Positions 55,140-64,000 of a DNA stretch of 64,000 nt are shown here, one piece after another. A program made the translations under genes and the position numbers. The DNA is from Octopus vulgaris (taxonomy: Eukaryota). Position 1 is the stretch's first letter. Each line of letters opens with the position of its first letter. The stretch spans positions 74,462,001-74,526,000 of the forward strand of contig OX597825.1 of assembly GCA_951406725.2 (NCBI GenBank), in the 5' to 3' direction. The notes beneath the pieces are model-generated. The model saw only the letters and a list, made by a program, of their open reading frames with translations. It did not search any database and was not told the origin of the DNA.

Positions 55140-55712
55140 ATTCAACAATATTAAGTAATGGCCTTGATAGGCCATTCGACCCACTAGAAAGAGCAGCTAA
55201 ACTCAAACCGCTAAATAGTTGTAATTCAGAAATCAAAGGAAAATAAAAGCATTTACCCTTGTCATCTTTGGACTATGCATAGTTTCGACATACATATTGG
55301 CAAACCGATTTAATTAAATTAAATTAAATCTATTCGCCACTGGCCTGTCTCGTCAGCAAAGAAGCCAGGGAAATATATATCCACGAGGCGACAGCATCGA
55401 CACCTCGCGAATATATATTCTAAATTTTCAAAATCTACCGTCACCGCGCCAACTTATCAGCAGCAAATATAAACTGCTGGTTTAATTTCAGAATTAGACA
55501 AAAAAATCATTAATCAATCAATATCAGGGTAGCAAAAAATTCAAGAGAAATTTTTAGCTGCTCTTTCTAGTGGGTCGAATGGTCTATCAAGGCCATTCCT
55601 TAATATTGTTGAATGTATATTACATATAGTCTGTTGACTATTTTTCTCTTTCTCACTGGACCACTGGTGGCGAAAAAATTTCCCTTGAATTTTTTGCTAC
55701 CCTGATATTGAT

Positions 55713-55716
<4 letters not shown>
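55140..55716. mobile_element. Non-coding hammerhead-bearing element in a permuted, inverted arrangement (retrozyme-like or PLE pseudo-LTR)
   Basis: 55140-55201 inverted at 55553-55614 (2 mismatches); 55513-55555 inverted at 55674-55716 (1 mismatch); both ends run into (TA)n. Confidence 0.75.
55266..55361 (-). ncRNA. Type I hammerhead ribozyme, canonical core, extended stem II
   Basis: CUUUG-CUGACGA-GACA...UGUC-GAAAC-UAUGCAUA-GUC^CAAAG; 5-bp stem I, palindromic stem III ACUAUGCAUAGU. Confidence 0.9.
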
Positions 55717-55782
<66 letters not shown>

Positions 55783-55938
55783 CACGTGCTTGAAAACGTT
55801 AAGAACTGAAAGCGCTTGCACAATTATGAAAGCAAAGCCTACATACATTTTGTGAAATCTCTTCCCAAAGATTTGTGTCTTTTGACTTTCTGAATAGGTT
55901 CTTTTCTCAATCCTTACTCGTTGAGAGAAAATCCCCTC

Positions 55939-56034
<96 letters not shown>

Positions 56035-56673
56035 TAGGGGAGAGAGAGTGAGGGAAAGAGAGAGAGAAAGTTGTGTTACAACAAAAAACAAATGTTTACT
56101 GGAAATAGCAGTCGATACATTTTTTCACTGTTCTCGGTCTGTTAACGGCTAAGCGTTCAGGCGAGTATACTGGCATTGATGTAGCCACATTTGAAATATT
56201 GTCCAGGTAAATCCAGCGTGATGAGAACAGATACTACACTTTGATCTGAGCTAAAATGTGCACGCATGCAGAGATAGATAAATACGCAAATACATATGCT
56301 AGAGAGACTTATATATACATACATACATACATACATAAGTACGTACACACACATACATGCATATATATATATTATTTGTGTGTAGGTGGGCATGTATTCA
56401 GACATGAAGAGTGGCTATGTAAGAAATATTTATTTTTGATTATCGATTTTGATATTGTAGATTCGTATACATAGTCACAAAACGCGCGTCGTCGTTTTTA
56501 GTGTGTATTTTTATTGTATATTATTTAGCATAGAAATTTTTAGTACGATATTAATAATAAAGTCGTTTTAACGTGTAGAAATTTTTAGTACAACGTTAAT
56601 AATAATATATTTAAATTTATATAATATTTTTCAGTATTAATTGAATTACTTTATGGAGGTTCTATCTCTTAAT

Positions 56674-56748
<75 letters not shown>

Positions 56749-57188
56749 CTCTATCTCTCTCTATATATATATATACATATATAAAACACGGCTCTTTCCG
56801 TTTCCGCCTACGAAATCCACTCACAAGCCTTTGGTTTCCTGATGCTATAGTAGAGGACTTTCGTCCAGGTGCCACACAGTAGAGCTGAATACAGATCCAT
56901 TTGGCTGGATAGTAAACTACTTACGGTGATATAAATTTTAAAGCTTTCGAACTGCTGTAATGGACATACATCTTTTTGGGTTCCTTTACGTTATCTCCAC
57001 ATTGAGAACAATAGTACTCTTTCAACATGCATGTTACTGGAAGATCACGATTACGACGGCGATAAGTTGCTAATATTCATGACCAGCTTCACACACAAAA
57101 CTTCGTATCTACATACATGTACATATATATGCATATACGCGGATATATAGAAGCATGCACATTTTCGTCTATCCCTCTAGAGACATGT

Positions 57189-57540
<352 letters not shown>

Positions 57541-57564
57541 TATATATTTATATATATATGTGTT

Positions 57565-57614
<50 letters not shown>

Positions 57615-57615
<1 letters not shown>

Positions 57616-58750
57616 AGCGTGCGATGGGTAAATTGTCACCATTTTATACTTTTAATTTCGCACATGTGCATTGTATGCTTTTGATTTTCTCGACTACATA
57701 GATTAGTAGGGTCAGTTGGTCACCGTCTGTGAGAAACACAGTACCATAACGCAATTCACTCTGCCAGAGATTTGGAAACGACACGCAGTCCTGCTTGGCA
57801 TTCACGTCGGACACTCCAATACGAACATTTCAGAGTGTCTGGTTGTCAATTTGACAGGGCAGAGGATTCCGAAAGATTTAGATTAGTATAATGCTGACTA
57901 CTAAGGTACGGCAGCTCGGAAAACTCACTTTGATCGTTCTGATAAGAAAATAACTCCTTAATTTGTTGATGAGATCTAGGCTATGATTGAGAACGATACC
58001 TCCAAGCCAATCAGGTCCATAGCCAGGGACATGGGAATGTGTGAGTTTCTTATCAAGCAGGTAGTGCATGAAGACATTTGGTATTCCTCATACAAAATGA
58101 GGAAGGGCCAATTTTTATCCCAAGCCATCAAGGACGAGCAGAAAGACTGCGCTACGAAGCTTTTGAAGAAACTCAAGGATCTACTCCAACCGAACGTGCT
58201 TTTGTTTTTCTCAGACGAGAAACATTTCTGCCAGGACCAATACAACGTTGGCTTGCAGTATCCCCAAAATATATACTGAGAGCGATAAAAATTAAACATC
58301 TAGTCAACATTTTAATGTTTGCAGTGATCACTAGTGATGGCGACGTTATACCTCCATTCATCTTCCCACATGGCCTCAGACTCAACACAGCGGCCAGCAT
58401 CAAGTGCCAGCATCAAGATGGCTGCTGTAAGACCCTATGTCTGGCAACAGGACACTTCACCAAGCCAACAAGCAGGATAACCCAGTCATGGCTGTCAGAC
58501 AATTTCTGCGACCACATCACCCCTACTGTCTAGTCACCTAACTGCCCACACTGCAACCACCTTAAATATGATGTGTGTGGCGCATTTGAGCGAGAGACCT
58601 ACAACTAAAGATTATGGCAGCATTCACCAACTTAAACAAGGAGACCATCCAAAACAGTTCCAGCATTCCGAAGTCATTTGGAGGCCGTCGTCAAAACCAA
58701 TGGCGACTTTATTCAAGATATTTTTATGCAAAATTGGTAAATATATCTGG
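57615..58750 (+). mobile_element. Mariner-type (probably DD37D/maT-like) transposon remnant, transposase pseudogene
   Basis: TA|CAG start; HTH-like SKPIRSIARDMG; FFSDEKHF, MFAVITSDG, YVWQQD, *SPNCPHCNHLKY (WPPNSPDxNPLDY-like). Confidence 0.88.
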
Positions 58751-58965
58751 TAAAATGCATAATTTAGATTTATGTTTATATATGTATGTATGTACGTATG
58801 TATGTACGTATGTACGTATTTATGTATGCATGTATGTATATATGTATGTATCTATCTACATGCATACTTACATGCATAAATACATACGAACATATATATA
58901 TATATAAATATATATATGTATGTATATATATACATATATATATATATGTACGCACGTATGTATGT

Positions 58966-59002
<37 letters not shown>

Positions 59003-59130
59003 CATATTACATACATACAGATATATACACATAAATATATACATGTATATAGCTGTGCATGAGTTGTTCACCGTTTCTCTGTGTACGTATGTTTGCTTGC
59101 ATTTATTTGTATGTGTGAGTGAGTGTGTCT

Positions 59131-59165
<35 letters not shown>

Positions 59166-59606
59166 TGTGCGTGTTAGTATTTATACGGCCGAAGTCAAAT
59201 AACAAAAACAAGTAAGAGTAAAAGAGGTTAAAGATATGCATATGTATTAGTGGATTCGTACGTAGATAGAGCGAATGAGAACGAAAGGAAGCGAAAGAGT
59301 AAGAAAGATGGCGTAGTTATATTTTATTACGTTCTTTTGGATGCAATGCAATGGAAACTTATTTTATAACTATCGGGAAAATATTATTGCTTTTCATAAT
59401 GAAATCTTTAGAAAGAATCTTCTAGTTTACTGAGGCAGTTGCATTCTTCTGCCGTGACACTAACATTCAAGGAATTTTAACTTGTTTTGCCAGTCGCCAG
59501 CTATGTTTTATACGATTCCTTAAATGCATATAGAAGTATATATCATATATAAATAAATATTTGTATGTATATGTGTATGTATATGCATTTTGGTCTGTCA
59601 GTATGT

Positions 59607-59671
<65 letters not shown>

Positions 59672-59764
59672 TCTATGTATATATATGTGTGTGTGTGTGT
59701 GTGCGTGTGTATAAATTAATAGATTGATAGATAGATAGATACATACATACATACATATATAATA

Positions 59765-60270
59765 CCTGAACATATATACTCCCACACCCACACAAGTACA
59801 TAATACTTGAGGACAGACTATATACACACACACACGCAACACGCATAGACAAAGATAACTCCTGCCCACAAACATACACCATACACATGCACACTATTTG
59901 GCCACACATACACACGCACATATGTGCACACACCATCTTAACAAGGACACATCAACTGCTACACACAACACATAACACACACGTTAGACTCACTCGTCCT
60001 ATTCACACATACACACTCACACACTCACGCTTGCGCACCTTAGTTCGTTGGGGTCATCATTAACATTTTTATTATTATCTATCTTTCATTCAACCTCCTT
60101 TTTTTGTAATGAAATCGCCATGCTGGGCCGCTGAACTCTATACAGTGTTTCTCTCTCCGTTTTGTTTTCCTTCTCTCTCCATTTTTTTCTCTTAATATTA
60201 TTTCTGGAAGAGCGTAGGCTCGAAACGTAAAAGACTTTTCCATTTTTCCCGAGCGTTAAACTAATGCACC
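59765..60270 (+). mobile_element. Second copy of the 3' region of the 51.5-53.6 kb Penelope-like family
   Basis: ctcccacacccacacaag...aaagataact...cgccatg(g/c)tgg(a/g)ccgctgaa...taggctc(t/g)aaacgtaaa shared with 52940-53510; decayed hammerhead words at about 60204-60232. Confidence 0.85.
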
Positions 60271-60406
60271 TAAATTTGCACTAGATAGATAGATATCTGT
60301 AGTTCATATATTTGAAACTAGTTCATATATCTGAAAGTAGTTCATATAATTTTACCAATGTTTTACACTCTAAAACATTATCGCTGTAGTAATTATAGAA
60401 GGTTTA

Positions 60407-60517
60407 TTGTTATGACCGCTCAGAGAGTGACCACGTGTTTTACACCTATGAAGTGCTTAGCTGTATAGACAAATTATAGGTGTGAAAATCATAATCACTT
60501 TATGATCGGTCAAAACA
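60407..60517. repeat. Degenerate 45-bp inverted repeat (old MITE-like hairpin)
   Basis: ttgttatgaccgctcagagagtga...ttttacacctat pairs imperfectly with ataggtgtgaaaa...tcactttatgatcggtcaaaacaa. Confidence 0.65.
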
Positions 60518-60580
60518 AAAAGCATTCTAATTGTGTGTAAATATATATATACGTATGTCTATATATATGAATGTGTATAC

Positions 60581-60616
<36 letters not shown>

Positions 60617-60816
60617 GGAGAGAGAAGGAAGGAGAAAGAGAGAAAGAGGGACCCGTGTGCAATGTTTAACCAAAATAAAAAGCAAAGCTATAATTGCCAC
60701 TGGTGATAATATATGTGTTTGAGTGTGTAGAAGATTGAAAAGAAACACACGAGTCCATATATATGGAAAAAAAAGTCAAGGTAGAAAATGCTAAATTAAT
60801 TTTATAAAAGACATTT

Positions 60817-60852
60817 CAGTACCGGTTTCAGTCATTGAGACTTTTTCAACTG
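60817..60852 (-). ncRNA. Second identical copy of the U3:A8 hammerhead, within a shared repeat of about 100 bp (60757-60855)
   Basis: Exact reverse complement of 41792-41827; flanking sequence differs at several positions. Confidence 0.72.
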
Positions 60853-61199
60853 TAGTCATATATGCATATATAGTTGTGTATTAGTATTGAAAGAAATCTT
60901 CTACATAATGCTCTATTGTACTGAAAAACCTATTGTCCCTCTTCAACGATGCAACGAAGAAAAAAGTTCCTGTTTATTATCACACCCTCTCGCCAGTTCG
61001 AAGCATTACATTCTGATGATCACCACAATTCAAACCATGTCATATGCATCTATTACTCTCCAGAATTTTCTCCTTGCTCTCCTGTCATCACTTCCACTTT
61101 TGTTTTCTCACTTTTCCTCGCACGTTATCTATCTCCTCATCTCATTATAAACTCCTCTCGTATTATGCAGAAATGAAGGCGCTAATGGCCGCCTTAGAA

Positions 61200-61650
61200 T
61201 CTATTCTGCATCATGTATATTAGGGAAATGTCATCTACATAAATAGGATCAATGCTATGTTAACTGTGTCCTGCCCAGTTTTACCAACATTTACTAACTA
61301 CTGCATGGCTGAACTAGAAATTAGAGAAATCCAGAGCACGAACAACTTGCTCTTACGTTGAGGAAATATGCATAATTGTTAAATGCATTAAACATTTAAA
61401 TAAATTAAGAGCTTTGGAAATCACGCAATGCGAAAATAGATTTACTAAAATGGCGCATGAAGTAAAATGAAATTGTAGGATATTAATGTCTAACTTGAGA
61501 ACAGGAAATACACATTAGAGCGCAATAATAATCTCCCTCTATCGGTAGGTATGTGAATGTTGATAGTATATGTCTCAATGAATATGACTTCTGTAATTAA
61601 ATCTCTATTTACAAGCAAAGATTTAATATCCCCGAGCATTGCACTTCACC
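61200..61650 (+). mobile_element. Very decayed Penelope-like RT fragment
   Basis: CPVLPTFTNYCMAELE (GSPLGPTFANFYM-like), SYVEEICII (RYVDDIF-like), L*DINV. Confidence 0.5.
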
Positions 61651-61907
61651 TGGATGTCTTAAACAATATTTAATTAATTGTGGATACACTAACAATCTTA
61701 TAAACCGCACCACGATGCTAAGCTGAGAAAAATACTATGATTAAAGGAAGGCGTGTAATACTTGTTGCTTAAAAACAAAAGAGCCAAATTGCTCACAAAT
61801 TTTTTCTTTCCTTGTTTTGAGTGTTTCAGTGTGTTCCATTTAATCTGAAGTCTAATCATAGAGCTATTGAATAAGAGTAGAGGTGGATCTAAATAATAAT
61901 ACAGCTC

Positions 61908-62190
61908 GATGACGATGACGAGGGTGATGATGATGACATCTACGACGACAAGGATAATAATAACGATGAGGATGACCATCATCATCATGTCAACGACCTT
62001 AACGATGATGATAACCACGATGATGATTCCCGCAACGAAAATGATCATTAAGATGATCATCATGACGACTACGACGACAAATCTGATGATGACGATGACG
62101 ATGACGATGACGATGATGGCAATGACGGTGGTGGTGGTGGTGGTGGTGGTGGTGGTGTGGTAGACGTGGTAGTGATCGTGATGATGAGGA
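61908..62190. repeat. Degenerate (GAT/GAC)n and (GGT)n triplet repeat
   Basis: Directly visible. Confidence 0.9.
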
Positions 62191-62463
62191 CGATCCAGGT
62201 CAACCCTGAAACAGGATAATTTTGATGCAATAGCCCTTTCAACCGTATTTTTTTTTCAACAGATACAGACACAAGCTAAAGACACAAACCATTCAAGAAA
62301 ATTACTCAGAGACGCCATTAGCAGTTGTTAAGCAGTGCCAAACACTTAATACAGGGCACACAAGAAATCTTGTTAGAAACATTAATGCTGTGAAAATAGA
62401 AAAACATTAGCTCAACGACTAATATTGTTTTTAACCATCGTATTTAAGTCGACCTTCTCCTAT

Positions 62464-62649
62464 ACTCTTTTACTCTTTTACTCTTTACTCTTTTACTTGT
62501 TTCAGTCATTTGACAGCGGCCATGCTGGAGCACCGCCTTTAGTCGAGCAAATCGACCCCGGGACTTATTCTTTGTAAGCCCAGTACTTATTATATCGGTC
62601 TCTTTTGCCGAACCGCTAAGTGACGGGGACGTAAACACAGACACACAAT

Positions 62650-62687
<38 letters not shown>

Positions 62688-62867
62688 CATATATACATAT
62701 ATGCGACAGGCTTCTTTCAGTTTCCGTCTACCAAATCCACTCACAAGGTATTGGTCGGCCCGGGGGCTATAGCAGAAGACACTTGCCCAAGATGTCACGC
62801 AGTGTGACTGAACCCGCAACCATGTGGTTGGTTAGCAAGCTACTTACCACACAGCCACGCCTGCGCC
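62464..62867 (-). mobile_element. SINE family B, full length, young
   Basis: Near-identical reverse complement of 46737-47153. Confidence 0.92.
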
Positions 62868-63313
62868 TACGTATAAATCATTTTATTTTTAATTACGATG
62901 GCGTGAATAATTGCTTATTTCCAATTTTTCAGCATCAGGACTAACAACAATGGCTGTAAATATGTTGATCAAAAAACACGCCAGGAGTTAGGCAGATAAC
63001 ATTGTCGTCTGCTCGAACTAGTGAGTCTGACAACTTCCAATGTTTCTGCTTCCTTAATCTTCGTCAGTGGTACTTAGCTATTATTTCTAAGATAGAAATA
63101 CAATATAGAAACTTATTCGATGGTTCATTGAACACGTATGCGTTCACAATTACTTCGTATGCCGTGTTAGTGACTTAGATGTTCTAAGAGTTCCATAGTT
63201 ATTATTTTTTTTTTGTGTGATATTATTTTCATAAAATCTAAGCGTTTCATTTAAAATTGAGTTCCCCGTCCCCGCTGTTCATTGATTATTTGGATTCGCA
63301 TTTATAACTTATA

Positions 63314-63317
<4 letters not shown>

Positions 63318-63396
<79 letters not shown>

Positions 63397-63636
63397 CATA
63401 TATATACAGATATATATATAAATATATATATATATAAAATATATATATATATACACACATACATATATATACATATATATATATATATATACATACATAT
63501 ATATATACATATATATATATGTATGTATGTGTATATACATATATATATATATATATATATGTATAAATATACCCCCCTCTCACACACATACACATATATA
63601 TATATACATATATATGTATATATATGTATGTATGTA
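63318..63636. repeat. Long (TA)n compound microsatellite
   Basis: Directly visible. Confidence 0.95.
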
Positions 63637-64000
63637 CATTTGATTTTCTTACTGATGTTATGTTATTGATCATACATGATGTTTGTATGCGTTCCAGGGA
63701 TTTTAGTCATTTTTTTGTTGTTGCTGTTCTTCTTATTATTGTTGTTGGTGCTGCTGCTGATTGTTGTACTTGATGTTGTTCTTAGTATTGTTCTTTTGTT
63801 TTCGCTTTTTGTTTTTTTTTTAAACAGTCATGCTGAAAGACATTACAAAGGATAGAAATTTTTCTTTGTTGTTTGATGCGGTAGTCAATATATTCTGCAA
63901 TCACATTATCTGGGCTAGTGTTTCAATGAGATTAGATGCTAATGTACTGTGTCTGTCTGCGGCAATGTTGTATATCACTCACAGATAACCTGTCCTGATC

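Noticed and set aside
60204-60235. ctggaagagcgtaggctcgaaacgta as an active hammerhead (homologous site at about 53445-53475)
   Set aside because: Stem II and GAAAC are present but the CUGANGA box is disrupted; treated as a decayed relic
61698-62272. Hydrophobic or Pro/Ser-rich ORFs
   Set aside because: Derived from GAT/GGT triplet repeats

Overview
Eukaryotic, very AT-rich, repeat-saturated, essentially non-coding DNA (intergenic or a long intron). The SINE families and dense (TA)n/(CA)n/(TAA)n microsatellites look like an octopus (coleoid cephalopod) genome; this is from recognition, not a database match. No intact host gene can be supported. Almost all ORFs in the track are translated microsatellites or transposon debris. 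Content: dozens of tRNA-derived SINE copies of about four families (three with clear target-site duplications), one well-preserved and several decayed Penelope-like elements (PLE; RT plus GIY-YIG), two decayed Tc1/mariner transposase genes, a nest of R4/Dong-like restriction-endonuclease LINE 3' ends inside a (TAA)n tract, two non-autonomous Helitrons and several MITE-like hairpins. The most notable signal is a set of type I hammerhead ribozymes from unrelated repeat families. Two have canonical cores with long stem II inserts (8368-8449 +, 55266-55361 -). Two identical copies carry a compensatory U3:A8 core (41792-41827 +, 60817-60852 -). The 55.3 kb ribozyme sits in a non-coding, highly structured, circularly permuted unit of about 475 nt that resembles a retrozyme. 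One weak candidate small secreted Cys-containing ORF lies at 13289-13627 (-).
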